Part shown: positions 35,758-45,091 of the stretch, piece by piece
Position numbering within the stretch: position 1 is the stretch's first letter
Layout of the letters: each line of letters opens with the position of its first letter
Source: an uncultured Clostridia bacterium
GTDB lineage: Bacteria > Bacillota > Clostridia > TANB77 > CAG-508
Assembly: GCA_934153805.1 (NCBI GenBank)
Contig: CAKPFO010000006.1
Location: forward strand, 915-64,914
DNA length: 64,000 bases
Reading direction: 5' to 3'
The notes under the pieces: model-generated
What the model saw: the letters and a program-made list of their open reading frames with translations, nothing else
Databases searched by the model: none
What the model was told of the DNA's origin: nothing
Made by a program: the position numbers and the translations under genes

Positions 35758-37179
35758 ATGGCTAAACGGATATTTATAGATCTATGTGACGAAAAATCCG
35801 GAGTAACTGGAACTTGTCAGCTATTCAATGCATATTTTCCAGGTAAGTCTCTTGGAGCAAATGGTCTTACAAATGAGATTCCATTTATATTTGACTGTGG
35901 TTCATTTCAGGGCGAAGACAATGAAGAAGACTTAAATGCTTCTTTCAAATTCGATATTGCAAAACCAGAATTTGGAATTCTCTCACATGCGCATTTCGAC
36001 CACTATGGAAGATACCCACTGGCAATAAAAAATGGATTTCAGGCCCCTATTTTTACCACATATGTTACCAAAACTTTTTTAAGTCAATTATTTTTAGATG
36101 ATTGCTTGAAAATCGAAATGCGTACTGCTAAGAAAAAAGGAATTGAACCACTCTATTCTGAATTAGATAGTCAAAAAATGCGTGAGTTTATGGTTGGATG
36201 TGCATATCAAAAAAGAATACAATATAATGATAATATTTCAATATTCTTTTTTGATAATGGACATGTGCCTGGAGCAGCAATAACATTAATTCAGCTTTCA
36301 TATCCTGGATATGAAGAAATAAACATTGTTGTCTCTGGAGATTACAATGACCATAATATGTTTTTTAAAGTAAATCCTCTACCAGAGTGGGTTTATAATT
36401 TAAAAAACGTAATAATTATCATTGAATCTACCTATGGTACAACCAAACTTTCAGACTTAGGACCTGCTTGTTTTATAAAGTATGTTGTACAAGCTTTAAA
36501 ACAGGGTAATACTGTACTTGTTCCTTCATTTTCTTTTGGAAGGCAACAAGAAATAGACTACACATTAAAAGAAGCTCAGGATACCAATATTTTACCACTT
36601 CGCTATAGCATCTACAATGATGGTAAGAGCGCAATTGGATGTACAAATCTATTCTTGCAAGGTACCTTTAATATGTATCCTCATACAAGAGACTTCCTTC
36701 CACAGAATCTTACTTTTGTGGAAGACAAAGAATTTAGATATAGTCTAATTAATGATCCCTCTCCCAAAGTTATAGTTGCTTCCTCTGGTATGTGCAGCCA
36801 TGGTCCATCTTCTACTTATTTAAGTAGACTTGCTCTAAAACCTAAAGTTACCATCATCGCACCTGGATATGTAAGTCCTAATTCTAAATTAGGCAAACTT
36901 AGAGACTCTGACGATGCTGTTGCAGAACTTCTCTCTACTGATGAATTTTCTGCACATGGTAAATTAGAAGTTTTAAAGGCTGTTATCAAACCGTTTAAAC
37001 GTGAAAATGTAAAAGCTATTGGTGTTACTCATGGTGGTCCAGAAGTCAGAGTAGATTTTGTTAAAGACTTGGAAGATACTTTTGGTATTCCAACATTTAA
37101 TATCACTTCTGACTACATATACCGGCTCACATCAGATGGTCTTGTACAAAAGTTTGAGAGAAAAACTGAATCTAAGTAA
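35758..37179 (+). CDS. Metallo-beta-lactamase fold nuclease, beta-CASP family (RNase J/CPSF-like)
   Basis: HxHxDH as SHAHFDH, motif 3 GHVPGAA, motif 4 SGDYND, motif A ESTYG, motif B FSAHG and motif C VTHG. Start set at ATG 35758 (MAKRIF) behind AAAGGATGA and downstream of the promoter. Confidence 0.75.
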   Translation: MAKRIFIDLCDEKSGVTGTCQLFNAYFPGKSLGANGLTNEIPFIFDCGSFQGEDNEEDLNASFKFDIAKPEFGILSHAHFDHYGRYPLAIKNGFQAPIFTTYVTKTFLSQLFLDDCLKIEMRTAKKKGIEPLYSELDSQKMREFMVGCAYQKRIQYNDNISIFFFDNGHVPGAAITLIQLSYPGYEEINIVVSGDYNDHNMFFKVNPLPEWVYNLKNVIIIIESTYGTTKLSDLGPACFIKYVVQALKQGNTVLVPSFSFGRQQEIDYTLKEAQDTNILPLRYSIYNDGKSAIGCTNLFLQGTFNMYPHTRDFLPQNLTFVEDKEFRYSLINDPSPKVIVASSGMCSHGPSSTYLSRLALKPKVTIIAPGYVSPNSKLGKLRDSDDAVAELLSTDEFSAHGKLEVLKAVIKPFKRENVKAIGVTHGGPEVRVDFVKDLEDTFGIPTFNITSDYIYRLTSDGLVQKFERKTESK

Positions 37180-37206
37180 TTTCTTTTATTAAAAGGAGTG
37201 ACTATT

Positions 37207-37458
37207 ATGACACATTTAACAATTCGTCAAAAAAAATCTTTTTACAATCAACAAGGAATTTCAAACATCATTTCTAGCTATACTAAAACACAATTCCTTA
37301 TTAAGCGGAAAGGTAAACACTGTTTTTACATTACCTTTAAAGAACGAGTTAGCAATAATTTAGCAAATACGCTAGCAGCCAAACTTGGTTTATCGGTGTC
37401 CTATAGTAGTGACGTACGTTGTATTTTGTCAGATTACTATGATATAACTACACTTTAG
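37207..37458 (+). CDS. Small hypothetical protein (83 aa)
   Basis: AAGGAG 8 nt before ATG 37207, 27 nt after the beta-CASP stop, and followed by a terminator. No family recognised. Confidence 0.55.
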   Translation: MTHLTIRQKKSFYNQQGISNIISSYTKTQFLIKRKGKHCFYITFKERVSNNLANTLAAKLGLSVSYSSDVRCILSDYYDITTL

Positions 37459-37479
37459 CCTCTACATTTAGTACTAAAT

Positions 37480-37508
37480 ATACCCCACCAATAATTTTGG
37501 TGGGGTAT
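37480..37508. terminator. Bidirectional terminator between convergent genes
   Basis: ataccccacca (37480-37490) pairs with tggtggggtat (37498-37508). Confidence 0.7.
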
Positions 37509-37512
37509 ATTT

Positions 37513-37674
37513 CTATTTATTTCTATAACTGCTACACATAGACTCGTCTGGTTGCTTTGTATCACAATTTTCTATTGGTGTAACAATTATTTGTTTTAAA
37601 GAACATTCTTGTTCTTGGCCTTTGTTATATTTACAGCTAGTAACTGTACAATTTATTTTTTGATTATGTTCCAT
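37513..37674 (-). CDS. DUF1540 domain protein (53 aa), not in the ORF track
   Basis: Own translation behind GGGAAGAG: MEHNQKINCTVTSCKYNKGQEQECSLKQIIVTPIENCDTKQPDESMCSSYRNK. The C.V..C.YN...C....I.V......T.C pattern is that of DUF1540. Confidence 0.7.
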   Translation of the reverse strand: MEHNQKINCTVTSCKYNKGQEQECSLKQIIVTPIENCDTKQPDESMCSSYRNK

Positions 37675-37790
37675 GCTATCTCTTCCCTTCTTTTACTTGT
37701 AACTTTCTTTGCTACTTATAATAATCTTGTTTTTTATTATTATAAAGTAATTCTAGATTCATATAGATAGTATGTTCATTTTTTTGTTTT

Positions 37791-40259
37791 TTATTCCAAG
37801 TCATGTCTAGAAAGTATTTGTGCTGGTGTTTTTCTTAGCACCCAATATAATGGTAATAATCCAACTAAAATATTAAATGCATATACCAAAATTACGCTTA
37901 ATGCTATAACATTAAAGTTTAGAACAAACATCTTTGCAAATATACTAACTTGTCTTATACAGTTTATTATGTAGCTCATAAATGCTATTCCCAGTAAGCT
38001 TGCCGTAGATGTTATTGCAATTGATTCTCCCATAAACATTTTATAAATATCACTTTTCTTAACTCCTATTGCTCTATATATACCTACCTCTTTTATTCTA
38101 GACAAGAACGACGACCTCATCATTAAATATATTTCGACTAATGAAATTGCTAAGATTATGCTTGCAAATATAATAGCACTTTTCATAGAAGCATTTTGCT
38201 GTCTTAAATAGTTTTGTCTATCTTTTTGGTATATGTTTTCAACATAAATATTATAATCTGTATCGAATTTGCTAATTAGCTCGTTTTCGTCTTTTGGATA
38301 TATTACAAAATTTTGATTTTCTCTTATTACTTTATATTTAATTGTATTTGGATTTACTAAGTAATTTTCTTCTCCAGTACTGCTTTCATAATATCCTACA
38401 ACTGTAAGCTCCACATCATTAACTTTTGTTTTTATTGTTTTATTAAGTTTCATTGTATATTGATTACTAATATTTACAATAACCTCATAGTCATTTTCTG
38501 GTAATCTACCTTTTTTTAATGTTATATCATCTAGTTTTAAATTGTAGTCTATTATATTATCTACTGATTCAGTCGAATTGTCAATCATTATTCCCATGCC
38601 ATTTCCTGCAGATTTAGAATTGCTTAATATGTTTATAAAATTACTTTCAGTAGTATAAATAGATGGGCTATGTTTTTCTACAATTCCTACTATTTTAAAT
38701 GGCTTCATATTTTTAATAGTAACTTCTTTTCCTATTAGTTGTTCTCCGCTTTTTATTCCGGCATGTTTTGCTATACTGCCATTTTCTATAAGATTATTTA
38801 CTACCATTTTGTCTATAACTAATTCATTTTCAGCTTTAGCAAATGTTCCTTCTATGATGTCAGATTCATTTAGCATATTAATGCTAGAAAGTGAACCTGA
38901 AAGTTCTCCATCATATTTACTTGTTTGATAATATTCATCAAATTTCATTGCAAAGGATACCAAACTATCTCCTGGTAAAATGTAATTTACGCCTTGTGTT
39001 TGCTCATATTGTTCAAAAGTATCTACCTTTAGCTCTGGCATTTGAACTTGCAAATAATTTTGATTTTTGCTTACAAAATCCTCATCTTCAATTTTTAAAG
39101 TACCTGCAATATTACTAATTGCATATACTATAAACATTGCAGAAACAAAGAAACCTATTAATAAAATCTTTTTCAAAACAGAATAATTTACAATTTTTTT
39201 AAATCCATTTATAATTGACCTTGTAAAACTATAAATTGAACTATACTTTTGTTTAATATTAGTATTTGCAACATTCTTTAAATTATAATCATATTGTTGA
39301 TAAATTGTTTTGTCTATTTTTTTGTAATGGTCATCAACAAGCTCTATGCTTGAGCTTTCATCTATTATTTCTATCTTTTTATCTTCTGACTCTATGTAAA
39401 TATTTCCATTTTTTATAGCAATTTTCAAATTTAATGTATCATTAGTATCAGAATAGATATCTACTTTAACATTATCACTTTTAATGTTTTCAATTTTTTC
39501 AAAATCTTTCAAATAAATTTTGTTATCTATTCTATAATCTAAGTCTTTTTCGTCTGTATTTTGATAATCAGAAATTACTTTTCCATCTTCTATTTGTATA
39601 ATTCTTGAAGCATAAAATTTAGCTAAATCCACCTCGTGAGTTACTAATATAACTAATCTATCTTTAGAAATAGCTTTTATAATATTCATAATCTCTAGTG
39701 AATTTTTACTATCTAAGTTTCCAGTTGGTTCATCTGCAATTACTATGTTTGGATTTTTTACAATAGCCCTTGCAATACCAACTCTTTGCCTTTCTCCTCC
39801 AGATAGCATGCTTGCTAATCTATTACGATAGCGGTACATGTTAACACACTCTAAAACATAATCTACTCTTTTTTTAATTTCTTTTTTATCTTTAATTCCA
39901 ACCATTTTTAAGCTTATTGCAACATTGTCGAATACTGTCATATTATCTATAAGTTTGTAATCTTGGAAGATATAACCAATATTTAAGTTTCTTATTTTAT
40001 CAATTTTGTGACTTGTTCTTCTAGTTATTTTTTCTCCATTAATAAAAATTTTTCCTTTATTTATTTTATCCAAGCCACCTATGCTATTTAACAAAGTAGT
40101 CTTTCCGCTTCCAGAATGTCCTAAAAGTGCAACTAATCCTGTATTTTCAAACTCTAACGAGGTATTATTTATAACATGAATTTGATTTTTCTTTCTTCTA
40201 TTAAAATATTTATTTGCTTTTTCAATTTTTATCATTTTATTTACTTCTCTCTTTTTCAT
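37791..40259 (-). CDS. Fused ABC transporter ATPase / FtsX-like permease
   Basis: Walker A GHSGSGKTT, signature LSGGERQRV and Walker B VIADEPT, followed by a large extracytoplasmic region and C-terminal FtsX-type TM helices. A GGAGG RBS lies inside the end of the upstream gene. Confidence 0.85.
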   Translation of the reverse strand: MKKREVNKMIKIEKANKYFNRRKKNQIHVINNTSLEFENTGLVALLGHSGSGKTTLLNSIGGLDKINKGKIFINGEKITRRTSHKIDKIRNLNIGYIFQDYKLIDNMTVFDNVAISLKMVGIKDKKEIKKRVDYVLECVNMYRYRNRLASMLSGGERQRVGIARAIVKNPNIVIADEPTGNLDSKNSLEIMNIIKAISKDRLVILVTHEVDLAKFYASRIIQIEDGKVISDYQNTDEKDLDYRIDNKIYLKDFEKIENIKSDNVKVDIYSDTNDTLNLKIAIKNGNIYIESEDKKIEIIDESSSIELVDDHYKKIDKTIYQQYDYNLKNVANTNIKQKYSSIYSFTRSIINGFKKIVNYSVLKKILLIGFFVSAMFIVYAISNIAGTLKIEDEDFVSKNQNYLQVQMPELKVDTFEQYEQTQGVNYILPGDSLVSFAMKFDEYYQTSKYDGELSGSLSSINMLNESDIIEGTFAKAENELVIDKMVVNNLIENGSIAKHAGIKSGEQLIGKEVTIKNMKPFKIVGIVEKHSPSIYTTESNFINILSNSKSAGNGMGIMIDNSTESVDNIIDYNLKLDDITLKKGRLPENDYEVIVNISNQYTMKLNKTIKTKVNDVELTVVGYYESSTGEENYLVNPNTIKYKVIRENQNFVIYPKDENELISKFDTDYNIYVENIYQKDRQNYLRQQNASMKSAIIFASIILAISLVEIYLMMRSSFLSRIKEVGIYRAIGVKKSDIYKMFMGESIAITSTASLLGIAFMSYIINCIRQVSIFAKMFVLNFNVIALSVILVYAFNILVGLLPLYWVLRKTPAQILSRHDLE

Positions 40260-40261
40260 GC

Positions 40262-42496
40262 TTACACCTCCTCGTTATAAGTTTTAATTGCAGATTTCTT
40301 AAAAATTCTCTTAGAGAATCTGCGAGAAATTAATGTTGACATTACAACTAAAATTATATACATTACAATATACTCTCTTATAGATAAGAAGTTTATTAGG
40401 TTTTCTACAAAGGCAATATGTATAATTCCATATTTGTTAAGTAAAATAAATGCCATAAATCCTAGATATGCAAGGCTAGAATTTATAAATAATTCTATGT
40501 CTAATATCTTTTTAACATTTTTAGTAGTTGCTCCAAGCATTCTTAACGTTGTAAAATATACATTTCTAGACTTTAATATAATTCTTATAATAAAATAAGA
40601 AATAAAGAATAATGCAAATATTAGTATACATGTTACAACTAGTTTAAATATTTTTACTACTTGTAATAATTCCAAATTGTCATTTACTTTAAGGTCTTTT
40701 ATTGACTGTGCTTTTATACCCATATTGCTTAAAGCTTCTATTGTTTCATCAATCTTATCTTCGTCTTTAACAAATACAGATGATTGATATGAGTCTTTAT
40801 TAAATAATCTAATATAATCTTCTTTATTTATAAATACAGAGCCATTGTAATCTTCATAACTCGCATATCCGGTTAATTTTTTTAATGTATTTTTATTGTA
40901 TGTTTTAGCAATTTTAACATTTAGTTCATCTTTATAATAAATGTTTTCTATTTCAATTTTCATATCCTTATTTCGTGCATTACCACTTTGTACAAGATAA
41001 TTTACATCTTCACTTACTATTGCAGTTTGTGGCTGTACTAAATCACTTGGTACAATTCTAAAATAAGGATTTCCTAATTGAGATACATAATATTTTCCAT
41101 CAAATAATGTTTTTACAGTACTATATTCTTTATTAATGCTTTTTCTAAAATCGTTTAATACTGTATCACTTACGTAAAAAGTCGTGTCTCCACCATAATT
41201 CATCATATCAGTATATTCATATGTTTCTATTCCAACTATTTTGAACTTATAGTCTTCTAGCTTTTCTCCCATTGATGTGCCTCTTAAGTCAAATTCCTTT
41301 TCTAGTAACTCCTCTACCCCATTTTTAATATAGTAATAATAATCTGGAACTTTAATTACTATCTCATATTCACTAGAAGGTAATCTTCCTACAGTTAAAT
41401 TTCCTTCATAAAATTTAATATTAGCAAGCTTGCCATAAAAGTATATATCATCTTTAGATATTGATATTTCACTATCTAATAGTAAATCGTCTTTTGCGAT
41501 ATATTTTACATTTTCAATTTGTTCTATTTGGTCATACTGCTCATTAGTAAATGCTGTTTTATCTTTATTTTTAATTAATATTCTATTGTCTGATAAATCC
41601 CTAAAATAGAAATTATATCCATATCTATTTGTTTCGTATTCAGTTTGTTTAAAACTTGCATATTCACTAAGCAATGCTACTGTTATAAAAAGAAATACAG
41701 CAAAAAGTAATAGGAATTTTGTAACAATATTAAATGTATTTCGTATTCCTAGTCTATATTTATTTAACACTGTTATCTTATTGTATTTGCTTTGCACAAC
41801 ATTTTCTGTCTTATCTATCTCTTTTATGACTTTGTTTTCAATAATTCTTCCATCATGCATTTTTATAATTCTTGTAGCATATTTTTCTACTTGCTCAATG
41901 TTATGAGTTACAACTATTACTAGTTTATCTTTAGCAACTTTTTTTAGTAATTCTATTACATCTTTTGCAGCATTAGTATCTAGATTTCCTGTTGGTTCAT
42001 CTGCAACTATAATAGGAGTTTCTTTTACCATTGCTCTTGCGATGGCTACTCTTTGTTTTTGTCCTCCTGATAATTTAGAAACCTTTGTGTTTTTAAATTC
42101 TGTAAGTCCAACTCGATTTATCATGTCTAATACTTTTTTCTTAACTTCTTTCCTTTTATAGCCATTTAATAACAAAACTAATTCTACATTTTGATATACA
42201 GTGTAGCTGTTAATAAGGTTAAAACTTTGAAATATATTTGCTATATATTTTCTTCTATAATCCTCAAAATCTTTTTCTGTATAATGGCTTGTTTCCTGTC
42301 CATTTATGTACATTTCTCCTTCTTCGTAACTATCTAATCCAGAAAGAACATTTAAAAGAGTACTCTTACCACTTCCTGATTCGCCAGTAATTACAACGAA
42401 TTCTCCCATTTTTAGTTCTAAGTTTATTTTTGTAAAGCCTGTTGCTATAAGGCCTTTGTTATAATAGAACTTTGACACGTCTTTTAATTTTAACAT
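40262..42496 (-). CDS. Fused ABC transporter ATPase / FtsX-like permease
   Basis: Walker A GESGSGKST, signature LSGGQKQRV and Walker B IVADEPT, with the same architecture as the downstream paralog. Confidence 0.85.
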   Translation of the reverse strand: MLKLKDVSKFYYNKGLIATGFTKINLELKMGEFVVITGESGSGKSTLLNVLSGLDSYEEGEMYINGQETSHYTEKDFEDYRRKYIANIFQSFNLINSYTVYQNVELVLLLNGYKRKEVKKKVLDMINRVGLTEFKNTKVSKLSGGQKQRVAIARAMVKETPIIVADEPTGNLDTNAAKDVIELLKKVAKDKLVIVVTHNIEQVEKYATRIIKMHDGRIIENKVIKEIDKTENVVQSKYNKITVLNKYRLGIRNTFNIVTKFLLLFAVFLFITVALLSEYASFKQTEYETNRYGYNFYFRDLSDNRILIKNKDKTAFTNEQYDQIEQIENVKYIAKDDLLLDSEISISKDDIYFYGKLANIKFYEGNLTVGRLPSSEYEIVIKVPDYYYYIKNGVEELLEKEFDLRGTSMGEKLEDYKFKIVGIETYEYTDMMNYGGDTTFYVSDTVLNDFRKSINKEYSTVKTLFDGKYYVSQLGNPYFRIVPSDLVQPQTAIVSEDVNYLVQSGNARNKDMKIEIENIYYKDELNVKIAKTYNKNTLKKLTGYASYEDYNGSVFINKEDYIRLFNKDSYQSSVFVKDEDKIDETIEALSNMGIKAQSIKDLKVNDNLELLQVVKIFKLVVTCILIFALFFISYFIIRIILKSRNVYFTTLRMLGATTKNVKKILDIELFINSSLAYLGFMAFILLNKYGIIHIAFVENLINFLSIREYIVMYIILVVMSTLISRRFSKRIFKKSAIKTYNEEV

Positions 42497-42753
42497 ATAC
42501 TTTTTCCCCTTTCGTTTGTTAGATTATATCATAAGAATTTTTTATATAGTATATATTTCATAAAAAATTAAGAAATGTTTTTATATTTCTTAATTAAATT
42601 TGTAATATGGTTTTTATAATATATTCCAAAGTAATGAAAATAGCTGCATTTTCTTGCATTTTACATAATTTTGTGATATACTGTCTCTACAATTTTTTAT
42701 AAGATTCTAGTTACTTATTTTAAAAATCAATTGATTCTAGGAGGAAAATATTT

Positions 42754-43278
42754 ATGAGCATGTCAAAACGGTTATTAAATTTATTTAAAAAAAATTCTGT
42801 GCAAGATCCTTCTGCTCAGCAGGCAGAAAAAGATGTTGTTTGTCCGCTGTCAAAGGATTCTACTCAACAGACGGAAAAAGATGCCGTTTGTCCGGAGTCA
42901 AAGGTATATAATTGTGCAGATGTATATGTTCTTTTGGTAACATCCGTATCAAACATCAATGATGGTTCATGTTGTGGTCCACGTTGTTTTGACTTCTATC
43001 TTGTTGGTACTAAAGTAGAAGACAAATATTATGAGCTTTTCTCTGGTGTAGAGTTAAAAACTTCATGCTTTAACACTCCTTATATCAAGGAAGTTAAGCC
43101 TCTCAAAGAATATCTTACAGATCCAGAGCTTTCAGAAATTGATGGTCAGTTTCTGTTTGGTTTTCTATCAGAGCTTAACTCTGATATTATTATAGAGATG
43201 TTAATCGATTTGGTACTAAAGATGTTAATCGATGAAGAACGCGAAGAAGCGCAGGATTGCAATGCCGAAGACGAATAA
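42754..43278 (+). CDS. Hypothetical protein with a 16-aa internal repeat and acidic tail
   Basis: AGGAGG RBS and higher GC than the flanks. QQAEKDVVCPLSKDS and QQTEKDAVCPESK are direct repeats. Confidence 0.55.
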   Translation: MSMSKRLLNLFKKNSVQDPSAQQAEKDVVCPLSKDSTQQTEKDAVCPESKVYNCADVYVLLVTSVSNINDGSCCGPRCFDFYLVGTKVEDKYYELFSGVELKTSCFNTPYIKEVKPLKEYLTDPELSEIDGQFLFGFLSELNSDIIIEMLIDLVLKMLIDEEREEAQDCNAEDE

Positions 43279-43381
43279 TAGCTCGTTAATCAAAAGCTAC
43301 ATTGTAATGTAGTAATGTAACCAAAAACAAACTCTTCTCATAAAATGTAAAAAAAACAGATTATGAGAGGAGTTTATTTTT

Positions 43382-44086
43382 ATGGATTATGAAATTATGA
43401 TGAACGGTAATGTAAAAATTGGTCAACATGCACCTGAATTTGAAGCACAAACTACAATGGGAAATATAAGTTTAAATGATTATAAAGGAAAATGGGTTGT
43501 TTTATTCTCACACCCTGGTGACTTTACCCCCGTATGTACAACAGAAATGATAGCATTTGCAAAAGCAAATACATATTTTGAGAAATTAAATACTTGTCTA
43601 ATTGGCTTAAGTGTTGATAGTAATCCTTCACATTTAGCTTGGGTATATGATATTTACTGTAAAACAGGAATTGTCATCCCCTTTCCTATTATTGCTGATA
43701 GAAATGCACTTATAGCTAGAAAATATGGCATGATATCAAATGAGGTAAGCACCACAGAAACTATAAGAAATGTATTTATAATAGATGACAAAGGAATAAT
43801 TAGATTAATATTAGTCTACCCTTTAAACATAGGCAGATGCATTCCAGAAATTTTAAGATGTATAGAGGCACTGCAAACCTCAGATGCAAGTAAGGGGTCG
43901 ACTCCTGCAAATTGGGTGCCATGTGAACCAATTATCGTTCCTTCCCCTACCACCTTTGCAGAATTGCAACAACGAAATGAAGATATAAGAAAAAACAGAA
44001 ATGGCATGAATTGGTACTTAAGTTTTAAAAATCCTCAAAACTGTATTTCAGCAAATACAGACGAATCATGTAAAAAGCTCGAATAA
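43382..44086 (+). CDS. Peroxiredoxin (Prx6/1-Cys-like)
   Basis: WVVLFSHPGDFTPVCTTE peroxidatic-Cys motif and the thioredoxin fold. 234 aa. Confidence 0.85.
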   Translation: MDYEIMMNGNVKIGQHAPEFEAQTTMGNISLNDYKGKWVVLFSHPGDFTPVCTTEMIAFAKANTYFEKLNTCLIGLSVDSNPSHLAWVYDIYCKTGIVIPFPIIADRNALIARKYGMISNEVSTTETIRNVFIIDDKGIIRLILVYPLNIGRCIPEILRCIEALQTSDASKGSTPANWVPCEPIIVPSPTTFAELQQRNEDIRKNRNGMNWYLSFKNPQNCISANTDESCKKLE

Positions 44087-44131
44087 GCTACGACATTATT
44101 AATATTAATCGTACAAAAATCAATCAAACTA

Positions 44132-44160
44132 TTTACAAATTATGGTAATTGTAGTATAAT
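44132..44160 (+). promoter_or_regulatory. Sigma-A promoter of the SSB-like gene
   Basis: TTTACA (44132-44137), a 17-nt spacer, then TATAAT (44155-44160). Confidence 0.6.
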
Positions 44161-44253
44161 AATTATGTTACCTATGGAAAAGGTGATATTTATTCAATCA
44201 TAAATTTATTTTGTATAAATATCACATACTACAATTTTACAGGAGGAAAAAAT

Positions 44254-44913
44254 ATGTACACAATGAGAAAGGTTGCTTTGGACGAATCAATTGAGGATGT
44301 AGTTGGCAACAATGTTGCAGAGGTTACAGGAATTATATCATCTGAGGTCGTTTATGACCATATTACAGGAAATGGTGATAGGTTTTATACTTTCTTCGTG
44401 GATGTTAAACGGTTAAGTGGAACCTATGACTCATTAATGGTTATGGTTCCGGAAGAACTTCTTTTAGCAGATGAAGATTATCTTGGAAGAGCTGTTTGTT
44501 TAAAAGGGCATTTTAGATCCTATAACAGAAAAGAAAATGGAAAATCGCATTTGATTCTCTATTTATATGCTAAATCATTAGAATTTATTGAGCAGGATAC
44601 CTGTGCAGATACAAATGAACTTACTCTTATAGGTTATATTTGTAAAAAACCGGTTGTCAGAACAACACCAGCCGGCAGAATAATTACAGATATTATGCTT
44701 GCTGTAAACCGTCCATTTGGAAAAACTGATTATATCCCTTGCATTTTCTGGGGCAGAAACGCATATTATATTTCTAATTTTGAAGTAGGTAGACAGATAA
44801 AATTGATTGGCAGAATGCAAAGCAGAATATACACAAAAATCTTTCCAAACGGTACCGTAAAGGATCTTACAGCCTACGAAGTCTCAGTAGCAACCTTTGA
44901 ACAAGAAATGTAG
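44254..44913 (+). CDS. Tandem OB-fold single-stranded-DNA-binding-like protein
   Basis: The second half NELTLIGYICKKPVVRTTPAGRIITDIMLAVNRPFGKTDYIPCIFWGRNAYYISNFEVGRQIKLIGRMQSRIY follows the SSB OB-fold pattern. The first half is a more divergent OB-like unit. There is no acidic SSB tail. Confidence 0.6.
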   Translation: MYTMRKVALDESIEDVVGNNVAEVTGIISSEVVYDHITGNGDRFYTFFVDVKRLSGTYDSLMVMVPEELLLADEDYLGRAVCLKGHFRSYNRKENGKSHLILYLYAKSLEFIEQDTCADTNELTLIGYICKKPVVRTTPAGRIITDIMLAVNRPFGKTDYIPCIFWGRNAYYISNFEVGRQIKLIGRMQSRIYTKIFPNGTVKDLTAYEVSVATFEQEM

Positions 44914-44916
44914 TAA

Positions 44917-44949
44917 AAAAGGCCACGCTTATTTAAAGTGTGGCCTTTT
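44917..44949 (+). terminator. Intrinsic terminator
   Basis: aaaaggccac (44917-44926) pairs with gtggcctttt (44940-44949). Confidence 0.75.
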
Positions 44950-45091
44950 GGGTGTATATAGTTTTTTAATACCTGATTTTTTCACTTCATAAATATTTCT
45001 TAAAATTGTAACACAAATGTAATATTTCTGTTATTGTTTATTTTCCATATATGATGTATTATATTATAAAATACATGAAAGGACAAATATT

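Noticed and set aside
42571-42598. 9-bp inverted repeat ttaagaaat/atttcttaa upstream of the ABC operon as a terminator or operator
   Set aside because: It is short and purely A/T with no U-tract, which is indistinguishable from chance in this composition.
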